A stretch of 64,000 nt of DNA from Fimbriimonadales bacterium. GTDB taxonomy: Bacteria; Armatimonadota; Fimbriimonadia; Fimbriimonadales; Fimbriimonadaceae. The position numbers and the translations under genes were made by a program. Where the stretch lies: NCBI GenBank assembly GCA_038216655.1, contig JBBQPZ010000011.1:42265-106264 (forward strand), given 5' to 3'. Position 1 is the stretch's first letter. Each line of letters begins with the position of its first letter. Positions 35,711-44,406 of the stretch are shown in pieces. The notes under the pieces are model-generated. The model was not told where the DNA came from, made no database searches, and saw only the letters and a list, made by a program, of their open reading frames with translations.

Positions 35711-36511
35711 CTACGCCGGTTCTAGCCCGACCAACTTCCTTAGCTCATCGACGTCCTTTTTCCCGAGGTGGATGCACTCGCCGGGGCGCATGCCTTTTAG
35801 CTTGAGCGGGCCGATTCTCGTTCGCTTAAGCTTGGTGACGGGGAAGCCGACGTAGTCGCACATCATGCGAATCTGGCGCTTTCGGCCCTCGTGGATGATG
35901 ATCTTCAGGACACTGATGTCTCCGGTGAAGGTGACGTCGACCTTGGCGGGGGCAGTGTTTCGACCCTCGATGAAAACCCCTTCGCGCAGGGCTTTGAGCG
36001 CCTTGTCGGTGGGGATTCCCTTGACCGAGGCCATGTATTCCTTTTCGACCCCAAAGCTCGGGTGCGTCAGGCGGAGGGCGAGTTCGCCGTCGTTCGTGCA
36101 AAGCAGCAAGCCTTCGGTGTCCATGTCCAGGCGTCCGACCGGCTTGAGTTGAACGCCGTAGTCGGGAAGGAAGCGGAGGATGGTGGGGCGGCCTTGCGGG
36201 TCGTGCATGGTGGTGACGACGCCGGTTGGCTTGTTGAGCAGGACGGTGTGGAGTTGGGCCCGTTGAATCAACTGCCCGTCGACAACGATCTCGTCTTCCT
36301 CGGTGACCTTGCGGCCCATTTCGGTGACGGTGCCGCCATTGACTTCGACCCGGCCTTCTTGGATGAGTTTCTCGGCAGCTCGGCGGCTGCAGAGGCCGGA
36401 GTGGGCGATGCGGACGTGGAGTCTTTCGCCGAGGTCCTCGGCCACTTTCTTTTTGGCGGCGGGCTTACGAGAAGAGGGTGAAGTTGCCTTTGCGCGAGGG
36501 GGACTTGCCAT
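35711..36511 (-). CDS. rluB: Pseudouridine synthase, RsuA/RluB family
   Basis: S4 domain 'RIAHSGLCSRRAAEKLIQEGRVEVNG' and catalytic 'VGRLDMDTEGLLLCTNDGELA'. The start was chosen at M16 (36511) to limit overlap with the upstream gene. The track start is 36556. Confidence 0.88.
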   Translation of the reverse strand: MASPPRAKATSPSSRKPAAKKKVAEDLGERLHVRIAHSGLCSRRAAEKLIQEGRVEVNGGTVTEMGRKVTEEDEIVVDGQLIQRAQLHTVLLNKPTGVVTTMHDPQGRPTILRFLPDYGVQLKPVGRLDMDTEGLLLCTNDGELALRLTHPSFGVEKEYMASVKGIPTDKALKALREGVFIEGRNTAPAKVDVTFTGDISVLKIIIHEGRKRQIRMMCDYVGFPVTKLKRTRIGPLKLKGMRPGECIHLGKKDVDELRKLVGLEPA

Positions 36512-37739
36512 AAAACCTTGAGCGTCGCGTTCGCGACCGGAGCCAAATGAGACCAATGCAGAGGGAGGATCCGATCACATAGAAACTGGGCGATCGGCCC
36601 GCCACTTTGCCTATCACGGACGCTTTGGCAACGTCGGCGCTTGCGAGGACGGGGACTCGAACGGTGTAACCGCTCCCGTCAGAGTAAACCTCATTGCCCA
36701 GTTTTTGCCCCGCTTGAACCGGAGCGGAGACCTTGTCGGGCTCGAAATTGGCGGTCAACTTGGACGCAGCACCCTTGGGGACGCAGTCTTGGACGTCATC
36801 GGAGAGCGTTCCGGAGACCTTCGGTTGGGCCGCTCCATCGACCGCGATATCGTTGACAAGGTCACCCTTGCGCGCAACGGTGAGGTGGTCGAAATTGGCG
36901 AACGCCCACTTAAGCATCGCGTCGTGATCGAGTTCCCAGTGGTCGCTCTTCATGATCGCGGTGATGATCCGGTAACCGCCTCGAGTGGCGCTGCCCACAT
37001 AGGTATGCCCGGCGGGGACGGTGTAGCCAGTCTTCACGCCATCGGCGGTGGGATCGCGCCCGATGAAGTGGTTCTTGCTCACCATCCAGACATCTTTGGT
37101 GTTCATGCTCCGCGCGATCTGGTGTCGGTTGTTCTTGACCACCTCGGCAAATAACGGAAGCTTGAAGGCCTCGCGGGCCATGAGGGCAAGGTCGTGCGCG
37201 GAGGTCCAGTGCTTCGGATCGTGGAGCCCGTTCGGGTTCGTGAAGTGGGTGTTCTTGCAGCCGATGGCGGCCGCCCGATCATTCATCATCTTCGCAAACG
37301 CGGGGACCGTACCGGCCATGTGGATCGCCGCGTCGTAGCATCCGTCGTTGGCGCTTCGAAGCAGAATCCCCCACAGAAGATTGCGCATGGAAAGCTGCTC
37401 GCCCGGCTGGAGGTGCATTGAGCTCTCGCCGACATTTTTGATGTTCGCAGGCGCGGTAATCAGCTCGTCCTCTTTGCAGTGCTCGATCAGAAGCATCGCG
37501 GTCATGATCTTGGTTGTGCTCGCCGGATACATCGCCTTGTCCGGGTCCTTGCCCCAAAGCGCGCGTCCAGTTACGCCGTCCAAGATGACCGCCGACTTGG
37601 CGCTGACCGCGGCTGGGTCGGGAAGGAATACGGTGGGCACCGGAGGCGTGACGGGGGGTGCCTTATGCTTCGGCCGAGCCGTAGCAATTATCGGAACCAC
37701 CGCCAGGGCGAGGATTGGGGCGAGGTAAGCGCTCTTCAT
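36465..37739 (-). CDS. D-alanyl-D-alanine carboxypeptidase (S11, PBP5/6-like)
   Basis: Signal peptide, then SxxK 'ASTTKIMTA', SxN 'RSANDG' and KTG 'VKTGYT'. It has a C-terminal TM tail. Confidence 0.88.
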   Translation of the reverse strand: MKSAYLAPILALAVVPIIATARPKHKAPPVTPPVPTVFLPDPAAVSAKSAVILDGVTGRALWGKDPDKAMYPASTTKIMTAMLLIEHCKEDELITAPANIKNVGESSMHLQPGEQLSMRNLLWGILLRSANDGCYDAAIHMAGTVPAFAKMMNDRAAAIGCKNTHFTNPNGLHDPKHWTSAHDLALMAREAFKLPLFAEVVKNNRHQIARSMNTKDVWMVSKNHFIGRDPTADGVKTGYTVPAGHTYVGSATRGGYRIITAIMKSDHWELDHDAMLKWAFANFDHLTVARKGDLVNDIAVDGAAQPKVSGTLSDDVQDCVPKGAASKLTANFEPDKVSAPVQAGQKLGNEVYSDGSGYTVRVPVLASADVAKASVIGKVAGRSPSFYVIGSSLCIGLIWLRSRTRRSRFYGKSPSRKGNFTLFS

Positions 37740-37836
37740 GCCTTCCCGAAGGAGTTCTAGGATACCAACGGATTGCGTGGAACCGGAACCCTTGCGGGTT
37801 GCTTTACGACGAAATAGGCTCGGAGAAGCGCACGAA

Positions 37837-38376
37837 TCATAGTGTTTCCTCCACGATCTCGCTCGCCCGCGCCCCGGCTTCGTTGATCGGGGGAAGATCG
37901 CCGAGGTCGTTCATGTTGAATTGATGGAGGAATTGCTGCGTGGTTCCGTACAGAACGGGGCGTCCCGGAGCGGTCTTCCGCCCGACCTCGCGGACAAGGC
38001 GGCGCTCGACAAGTGCGCGGATGCTGTATTCGCTCGCAACCCCTCGGATCGCGTCGACGTCCTGGATCGTCAGCGGCTGGCGGTAGGCGACGACGGCGAG
38101 GACTTCGAGGAGGGCACGGCTGAGGCGCTGGCGCTGGGGCTTGAGGAAGTTCGCGACTTGGACGGCGTACTCGGGCTTGGTGCAGAGTTGGAATCCGCCG
38201 GCGAGAGTGACGAGTTGGAGGCTGCCGCCCGCTTTGAGCCGCCCGTCAAGGAGTTCAAGCGCCTGCTCGACCTGTCCCTCGGTAAGGCCAAGAGTAACGG
38301 AGAGCGCTTCTAGAGACGCGGGCTGATCGGCGACGAACAGGAGGGCTTCGAGGGTGTCGACGAGTCCGGTTTCCAT
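37837..38376 (-). CDS. scpB: Segregation and condensation protein B
   Basis: 'LEALLFVADQPASLEAL', 'LLEVLAVVAYRQPLTIQDVDAIRGV', 'GRPVLYGTTQQFLHQFNMNDLGDLP'. Confidence 0.93.
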   Translation of the reverse strand: METGLVDTLEALLFVADQPASLEALSVTLGLTEGQVEQALELLDGRLKAGGSLQLVTLAGGFQLCTKPEYAVQVANFLKPQRQRLSRALLEVLAVVAYRQPLTIQDVDAIRGVASEYSIRALVERRLVREVGRKTAPGRPVLYGTTQQFLHQFNMNDLGDLPPINEAGARASEIVEETL

Positions 38377-38379
38377 CGC

Positions 38380-39132
38380 TTATCTCGGCCTGGAGAAGAG
38401 CACGTCGTCTTCGCCAACTTGGACCGCGACTTGGCCGAGCCGGATCAGCTCAAGGAGGGCGAGGAACCAGAGCACAGCGTCGGTTCGGGTGAACGGGTGA
38501 GGGATGAGTTGATCAAGCGTCTGAGGGAGGTTGGAGAGGGCGTTGAGGACCTGGGCCATCTGGTCGGCCAGCGAACGTCGTGGCTTGGCGAGGCTGTTGA
38601 CGGGCTCGGGCGAGGCCTTGGACAGCAGTCTTTCGAACGCCTTGGCAAGGTCGGGAAGGGCAAGATCGCCGAGCTCGAAGGGGACTTCGTAGGGGTCGGG
38701 TCCGATCCCGGCGGCCCGGAAGAACTGGTGCGAACGCTCGTGGCGCCAGCGTTCGAGGGCTTCTATGGCGGCGTCGAATTCGTGGACGGTCGGTTCGGGC
38801 AGTTCGAGTGGATTCTCTTGCTCGGGCTCCGGCTCGTCCACTGGGAGAAGGAGCCAGGCCTTTCGCTCAAGTAGATATGCCAGTGCGGTGAGGGCGGCGG
38901 CGGCTTCGTCGAGATGCTGGAGCGACGCGCTCAGGAGGTAGGCGAAGTAAGCTTCGCAGATCGGGAGCAGGGGGACATCGCGGAGTTCGATCTTGCGATC
39001 GCGAACGCACTGGAAAAGCTGAGCTAGGGAGCCGTCGAAGGTCGGCGTGGTGACCTGAATTGGCGGCGGGGCGACGACCCCAAGCGCAGTAACCCGCTCG
39101 CGAGCAAGGGTGGCAGCGGCGCGATTGGACAT
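38380..39132 (-). CDS. scpA: Segregation and condensation protein A
   Basis: From ATG 39132 (MSNRAAATL...). 'FDGSLAQLFQCVRDRKIELRDVPLLPICEAYFAYL' and 'VLWFLALLELIRLGQV' fit the kleisin ScpA family. The 52 upstream codons in the track ORF look non-coding. Confidence 0.88.
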   Translation of the reverse strand: MSNRAAATLARERVTALGVVAPPPIQVTTPTFDGSLAQLFQCVRDRKIELRDVPLLPICEAYFAYLLSASLQHLDEAAAALTALAYLLERKAWLLLPVDEPEPEQENPLELPEPTVHEFDAAIEALERWRHERSHQFFRAAGIGPDPYEVPFELGDLALPDLAKAFERLLSKASPEPVNSLAKPRRSLADQMAQVLNALSNLPQTLDQLIPHPFTRTDAVLWFLALLELIRLGQVAVQVGEDDVLFSRPR

Positions 39133-39219
39133 CCGAGGAATTAAGACGCGTTTCGTGCATGCGAGGATGCGGCGGGGTTGGAACCTTGGCATCGATTTGG
39201 CGTCAAAAGGGGCGTGGTG

Positions 39220-39462
39220 ATGAAGACATTGTGGGAAACAATTTGCCTGCTCTCGGGACCGAACGGTGCCGACCCAGTCTCGATCCACGATGCGGTCAGC
39301 AAGTCAGCGGTTACTGAAGGGATCGCGGGCGTCGAGATCGAGGAGTTTGAGAAAGCCGGATTCATTCGCAAACTCGACTCAGACCGGATTGCGTTGACGC
39401 CTTCCGGGCAGGTTCGTCGCGCGAATCTCCATCAGACCTCTGTTGTCACGGATGTTCCGTAG
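39220..39462 (+). CDS. Small hypothetical protein (80 aa)
   Basis: ATG 39220 follows AAGGGG. MKTLWETICLLSGPNGADPVSIHDAVSKSAVTEGIAGVEIEEFEKAGFIRKLDSDRIALTPSGQ is wHTH-like in feel. It is divergent from scpA. Confidence 0.4.
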   Translation: MKTLWETICLLSGPNGADPVSIHDAVSKSAVTEGIAGVEIEEFEKAGFIRKLDSDRIALTPSGQVRRANLHQTSVVTDVP

Positions 39463-39478
39463 GGGTCGCGAGGGGGAT

Positions 39479-39554
39479 TGGAGGCGCCGAGCGGATTCGA
39501 ACCGCTGCATAACAGTTTTGCAGACTGTCCCCTTAGCCACTTGGGTACGGCGCC
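39479..39554 (-). tRNA. tRNA-Cys (anticodon GCA), CCA encoded, U73 discriminator
   Basis: Reverse complement: GGCGCCGTACCCAAGTGGCTAAGGGGACAGTCTGCAAAACTGTTATGCAGCGGTTCGAATCCGCTCGGCGCCTCCA. The anticodon loop is CTGCAAA. Confidence 0.93.
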
Positions 39555-39701
39555 GATTTACAGAGTTGAAGATACCTCGCGCGGGCTTTCCTCGTTATTG
39601 GTGATTCGCTATTGGTTATTCGTGACTCGTTATTCGGCCGTTTGTCGCGCCCGTCCGACTCCGAACGTCCGAATAACCAAGACCGAATAACGCGCAAAGC
39701 G

Positions 39702-40868
39702 CTACCCTCGAGCCGCCATCGTGTACACGTCTTCGAGCTTGCTCACCATCTCATGGAGGGTGAACTTCTGCTCGACCACCCGGCGGCCCATGGCTCCCAT
39801 CTGCTCTCGCTCGTCTTCGTTTGACAGGAGATAGCTGACCGCCTCGGCGATGCCTTCAGGGCGGAGGTCGACGAGAATTCCGGTTTGGCGGTGACGGACG
39901 ACCTCGGGAAGGCCCCCGACGTTGGATGCCACAACCGCTTTACTTCGGGCCATCGCCTCGATCGCGGCGACGCCGAAGGTCTCGATGTGGGACGGCATCG
40001 CGCTGAGGGTGAAGGAGTCGAGGATGCGTGGGATGTCGTGGCGGATTCCCGTGAGCGTGAGGCGATCGCCGACGCCTGCTTCACGGACGGCTTCCTTCAG
40101 CTCTTCCTCGAACGGAGCTTCCACGCGCCCGACGAAGACGACGTGGGCGTCAGGGTGCTCTTTCCGCAGGGTCTTCATTGCGCCGACCATCTCGAGGTGG
40201 CCCTTCTCGCGGCAGACCCGGCCCACGAGGCCGATGAGTTTGCGCTCTTGCGGGATGCCGAGTTCGGCCTTCACCGCCTCGGGCGAGGCTGGAGCGAAGT
40301 CGACAAAGTCGGTGCCGTTGTAGACAGTGTCGATGTATTTGTCGGGGATGCCGCGCCCGTGCAGCATGCCGCGAACGTAGTTGCTGACCGCGACCAGGCG
40401 GTTCTTGCGTCGGGCGAGGCGGCGATAAATCTGATCATTATTGGCGATGTGGACGCTGGTGATCACCGGGACCCGACCGAGCAGGCCAGCCGTGTAGCCG
40501 ATGTAGGCAGCGCGGGTGAGGTGGGTATGGATCACGTCGATCCGGTTGCGGCGTACTTCTCGCAGGAGGTGGGCCATGGTCCGCGTCCAGCCCGATCCCT
40601 TCATGTAGGAGACGTGGGTGGGGATGTTCGACTCGCGCAGAACCTGGGGGAGCCAGCCTTCGGTGGGAGTGACGACCTTGACGACGTGACCGCGCTGCTG
40701 GAGCAAGCTCGACAGGGAGAGGACATGGCGCTCTGCACCCGAGGTAGCGGAACTCGAGATGACCTGTAGAACTCGAAGTGGTTTTGACTCCGCCAATGCG
40801 TCCTCGGCCAGCGTGGCCGGGGAAAATCTTACCTGATGCACTTTGTCTGCCTCGGAGATGAATCGCAT
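39702..40868 (-). CDS. Glycosyltransferase family 4 (GT-B, group 1)
   Basis: 'LRVLQVISSSATSGAERHVLSL' is the N-terminal domain. 'PSHIETFGVAAIEAMARSKAVVASNVGGLPEVV' is the EX7E region. Confidence 0.88.
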   Translation of the reverse strand: MRFISEADKVHQVRFSPATLAEDALAESKPLRVLQVISSSATSGAERHVLSLSSLLQQRGHVVKVVTPTEGWLPQVLRESNIPTHVSYMKGSGWTRTMAHLLREVRRNRIDVIHTHLTRAAYIGYTAGLLGRVPVITSVHIANNDQIYRRLARRKNRLVAVSNYVRGMLHGRGIPDKYIDTVYNGTDFVDFAPASPEAVKAELGIPQERKLIGLVGRVCREKGHLEMVGAMKTLRKEHPDAHVVFVGRVEAPFEEELKEAVREAGVGDRLTLTGIRHDIPRILDSFTLSAMPSHIETFGVAAIEAMARSKAVVASNVGGLPEVVRHRQTGILVDLRPEGIAEAVSYLLSNEDEREQMGAMGRRVVEQKFTLHEMVSKLEDVYTMAARG

Positions 40869-40908
40869 TAGTTAAGAGAAGTTACGCAAATCTCGTCATA
40901 CTGAGGGA

Positions 40909-42246
40909 ATGGAGATGGGAAAGAACGACGAAGAAGAACCGTCGGCTTTCACCTCCAGGCCCCCATCTGCCCTTGCCGCACGTTTCTACGGGACGAAAGC
41001 ATATCTCGTCTTCCGGCACCGGGATTTCCGCATTATTTGGACCAGTGCGTTCCTTTCCTTTATCGGGAGTTGGGTCCAGACGGTGGCCGAGGGGTACCTC
41101 GTCTTCAGTCTCACCCACCGGAACGACAGTTTGGCGTGGGTGTTCGCTTGCAACGCCTTGCCGGTGACGATTTTCGGTCCGTTCGCGGGGGCGATTTCGG
41201 ATACCTTGGACCGCCGGAAGGTGCTCGTCGTGACGCAGTCGATCTTTGCGTTGGGAGCCCTGTACCTGGCTGCCGCCACGTATTTCGGGTTCGTCCAGTA
41301 CTGGCAGATCCTTGTTGTGGCCTCGATCTTAGGGCTCGTCAACGCCGTCGACATGCCCACGCGGCAGGCGATCATCAGCAAGGTTGTGCCCGCGGAGGAC
41401 TTGCCCGCCGCGATACCGATCAATGCGATGACGTTTAATCTGGCGCGTCTAATCGGACCGGCGATCGGGGGTGCGTTAAACGTCGCGGTCGGTCCGGCGG
41501 CTTGTTATTTGGTCAATGGCCTGAGCTTTATCGCATTGATCTTCGCCGCGCTTGCGATTCGTACCGACCTGCGGGCGATGAAGCGGGAGGCGCAGCCGAT
41601 CACCGACCTCGTGCGGGAGGGATTCCTCTACACGATGCGCGACCGTCGCTTGCGGGCGCTCTTCTATCTGGAGTCAGCGGTCTCGCTGTTCGGTCTGTTC
41701 TACATCACCCAGATGGCGGCGGTGGTGGCGCAAATGATCCATCCCGGTGCGCCAGATGCGGTGATCAAGCCGGCTTTGGGCCTGGCTTACTCCTCCGTTG
41801 CGGTTGGCTCGGTGACGGCGCTGGTGCTGGTGACGTCCGTTTCGCACCGTCCGATCAAGCGGCACGTGCTTCGCATCTCGGTGACGATTATGGGGATCGG
41901 GCTCTTGATCTTGTCCCAGCTACGCGTCGAGTGGATGTTCTACGTGATCTTCGCGGTGATCGGGATGTCCGCGATCACGATCTTCATTACGTGTAATACG
42001 TTGTTCCAGACTCTGTCGCCGGAGCGCCTGCGGGGCCGGGTGCTTTCGATGCACGTCTGGGCGCTGTCCGGCGTCGGTCCGTTCGGCACGATCGGGTTCG
42101 GTTATCTGGCGCAGCAGACGAGTCTGCGGGTCGCGTTTGTTGTGGGCGGGGCGCTACTGCTGCTCGTGGCGGTCGTGGCGGCTTTGTCCGTGCGGGGGAT
42201 TGGGCAGGTTGATACGCGGTACGAGCTAAGGAGCGATGGAAGGTAG
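40909..42246 (+). CDS. MFS transporter (EntS/MFS_3-like)
   Basis: 445 aa with about 12 TM. 'FRHRDFRIIWTSAFLSFIGSWVQTVAEGYLV' and 'GAISDTLDRRKVL' are typical of this MFS subgroup. Confidence 0.85.
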   Translation: MEMGKNDEEEPSAFTSRPPSALAARFYGTKAYLVFRHRDFRIIWTSAFLSFIGSWVQTVAEGYLVFSLTHRNDSLAWVFACNALPVTIFGPFAGAISDTLDRRKVLVVTQSIFALGALYLAAATYFGFVQYWQILVVASILGLVNAVDMPTRQAIISKVVPAEDLPAAIPINAMTFNLARLIGPAIGGALNVAVGPAACYLVNGLSFIALIFAALAIRTDLRAMKREAQPITDLVREGFLYTMRDRRLRALFYLESAVSLFGLFYITQMAAVVAQMIHPGAPDAVIKPALGLAYSSVAVGSVTALVLVTSVSHRPIKRHVLRISVTIMGIGLLILSQLRVEWMFYVIFAVIGMSAITIFITCNTLFQTLSPERLRGRVLSMHVWALSGVGPFGTIGFGYLAQQTSLRVAFVVGGALLLLVAVVAALSVRGIGQVDTRYELRSDGR

Positions 42247-42520
42247 GTTCTTTTTTGGCGTTTGGCGTTAGGCGCTAGACTGGGAATTCCCGCTTGAATG
42301 CATGAAATTCCCGTGTGATTCGGGCCGTTTTTGAACTTGAAGTGGGAATTCCTGCACACTTCGGATGTTGGTTTCTAGCAACTGACCCGGCGTGATTCTT
42401 TGGCTCATCCGTCTACAGTCGCCAAAACGAGGTGTTGTCAACCAAAGGATTTCACTCCGCTCCTAACGCATCCGACTAAACCGAACGGCCTCGCGAGGGG
42501 ACCGGGGTTAGAGGGGCCGA

Positions 42521-42557
42521 CATAGAAACGGGGGCTTCTCGTTAAAGAAGCCCCCGT
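42521..42557 (-). terminator. Intrinsic terminator of the PEP-CTERM gene
   Basis: On the minus strand ACGGGGGCTTCT-TTAACG-AGAAGCCCCCGT forms a 12-bp stem followed by TTCTATG. It lies 14 nt after the stop. Confidence 0.7.
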
Positions 42558-42570
42558 CATTCGAGTTGCC

Positions 42571-43275
42571 TTAGGCCTTGCGGCGTCGGCGAAGCATTGC
42601 GACTGCACCGAGACCGAGAACTGCCATGGAGGCAGGCTCCGGAACCGGATTGACGGCGTCGGCTCGGATGAGCCAGTTACCCGGCAGGCCGGCAGCCGAG
42701 TTCTTGAAGAGACCAATTCCACCCGAAAGGTTGTTCGGATCGAAGCCTCCTGCGGTCGTGCTGCCCGCAACCCATGAATTGTCAAGGATCGGAGCACTTC
42801 CCGTCGCCGTCTGCTGCAGAGGAGCCGGGAAGCCGCCAGCGGCACCGTCGATGTCGGCACCGATTAAGAAGTTCGTAGTTCCGGTCACGGCGGATGCGGT
42901 GATGCTGACCGTCTGGAACACGTCGGAGTCAATGCTGGCCGCACTGACAGTTCCATTCGCCGTGCCAAGAAGCGTTGGTGCATCAACGCCCGCTCCCGTC
43001 GGCGTACCCGACCAAACGAATACGCGGAACGACTGTCCCGCGGTAACTCCGGGACCGCCTGGGAACGCTGGTGTACCGAAGCAGGTCTGGATCGAAATAA
43101 CCTTCGACAGGCCTCCGCTAACGGTGAACTGTTCCATCCAAGCGATGTCTCCACCACCCGTCAGTCCGACGCTGTTCTGAGAGGCGCCACTGTCCGAAAC
43201 ATAAGTCTGCGCGGAAGCTACTCCCATCAATCCAAAAAAGGCAACTGCGGCTACTGCCGAAAATCGATAATTCAT
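42571..43275 (-). CDS. Secreted PEP-CTERM-anchored protein, function unknown
   Basis: ATG 43275. Signal peptide MNYRFSAVAAVAFFGLMGVASA. The C-terminus is 'VPEPASMAVLGLGAVAMLRRRRKA'. The upstream part of the track ORF looks non-coding. Confidence 0.8.
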   Translation of the reverse strand: MNYRFSAVAAVAFFGLMGVASAQTYVSDSGASQNSVGLTGGGDIAWMEQFTVSGGLSKVISIQTCFGTPAFPGGPGVTAGQSFRVFVWSGTPTGAGVDAPTLLGTANGTVSAASIDSDVFQTVSITASAVTGTTNFLIGADIDGAAGGFPAPLQQTATGSAPILDNSWVAGSTTAGGFDPNNLSGGIGLFKNSAAGLPGNWLIRADAVNPVPEPASMAVLGLGAVAMLRRRRKA

Positions 43276-43953
43276 GTATTTATCCCCTTCAATGCATGGC
43301 TGACACCCAAGTTGGAGGTCAACCGTGCAATCAGTGTAATGTGCCAACTCCAATCTGGGACACGTAAAACTACTAGAAGTTCGCCTGCTATCGGGAAGTT
43401 GCCCTCTAGGCCACAGGAAATTGTGGTTACGGCACACATATTGCGACCCCGATGCCCCCGCCCCGCATCGAAGCATTCAAGCCTACAATCTCCGATCTCG
43501 GTTTCCGCAGGTGTCACCCGGGAAGGTCGTCCGTCTCATTCGGAGGGCGGCTTGCCGCTGATGCAAGTTTTGTGACCTTCGTTTCCTCCCCTGCGCGGAG
43601 CGTTCATCCCCGTCTTTCAAGAGAAAGAGCTCCTGATTTCCTCCAGTCTTTGATCCCGGGTCAAGAACTTGTGGTGCCTCCGGTCCGGGTTCCTCCGCGC
43701 GTCGCCGTGCTTGGTCGTGGTGCAATTGCGAGCGGGTGGGGCCGACTTGGTCGGAATGACACATCCTGCGCGGTGGTGGGATCTGGGGTCTTTCGACTCC
43801 GATCCTTCGCTTAGGCTCGGGTTGTTGCTCAGGATGACGGCTTCTTTTGGCTTTGGGCGTTGGGTGTTCGGGATTGGGTCTAGGGACCGTCCTGATCTCC
43901 AACACTGAACACTCAACACAGCGAAGCTTTGCGAAGCGCAGTAAACTCAGCGT

Positions 43954-44406
43954 ATGTCCCAGCGGGATTCGGACGACTGGTTTTGGCAAGTAGGCGGCGA
44001 GCTTCTGCGGATCAATCAGGAGCTTTCACGCAGCCGGCCTGGGGTGGCTTCCGGAAAGTTCTGGGAACCCCGTGTCGATGTGCTTGAAGATGCCCGTAAG
44101 ATCCTGCTGCGCGTTGAGATCGCCGGCGTCAAGGGCGACGAGATCGGGTTGATCTACATCCCCGAGCGCCATTCGATCCTGATCCGAGGCGAGCGGCATG
44201 AGGACAATGCGGGCGAAGGCACCCGCGGTTCGTATATTCAAATGGAGATCCCGTTTGGCGAGTTTCAGCGGGAAGTCAAGCTCCCGGACGTTGCCATCCG
44301 GTCCGATGCGATTCGAGCTCAGTTTCGCAACGGTTTTCTGCTCGTCATGATCCCCAAACAAGAGCGCGTCGTCGTAACAAGGACCGTCACGGTGACAAAC
44401 CACTAA
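43954..44406 (+). CDS. Hsp20/alpha-crystallin family small heat-shock protein
   Basis: 'WEPRVDVLEDARKILLRVEIAGVKGDEI' and 'FQREVKLPDVAIRSDAIRAQFRNGFLLVMIPK' form the alpha-crystallin domain. Confidence 0.9.
   Translation: MSQRDSDDWFWQVGGELLRINQELSRSRPGVASGKFWEPRVDVLEDARKILLRVEIAGVKGDEIGLIYIPERHSILIRGERHEDNAGEGTRGSYIQMEIPFGEFQREVKLPDVAIRSDAIRAQFRNGFLLVMIPKQERVVVTRTVTVTNH

Noticed and set aside
39133-39288. 52-codon N-terminal extension of scpA (track start 39288)
   Set aside because: The extension is Cys/His/Arg-rich and overlaps the divergent small ORF region. The conserved ScpA sequence begins after the ATG at 39132.
43849-43953. Inverted GTTGGGTGTTC / GAACACTCAAC motifs upstream of hsp20, considered as a ROSE-like RNA thermometer
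   Set aside because: The pairing does not involve the start codon or any recognisable SD, and the motifs belong to the dispersed GGTGTT-type repeats seen elsewhere. There is no specific support for a thermosensor.
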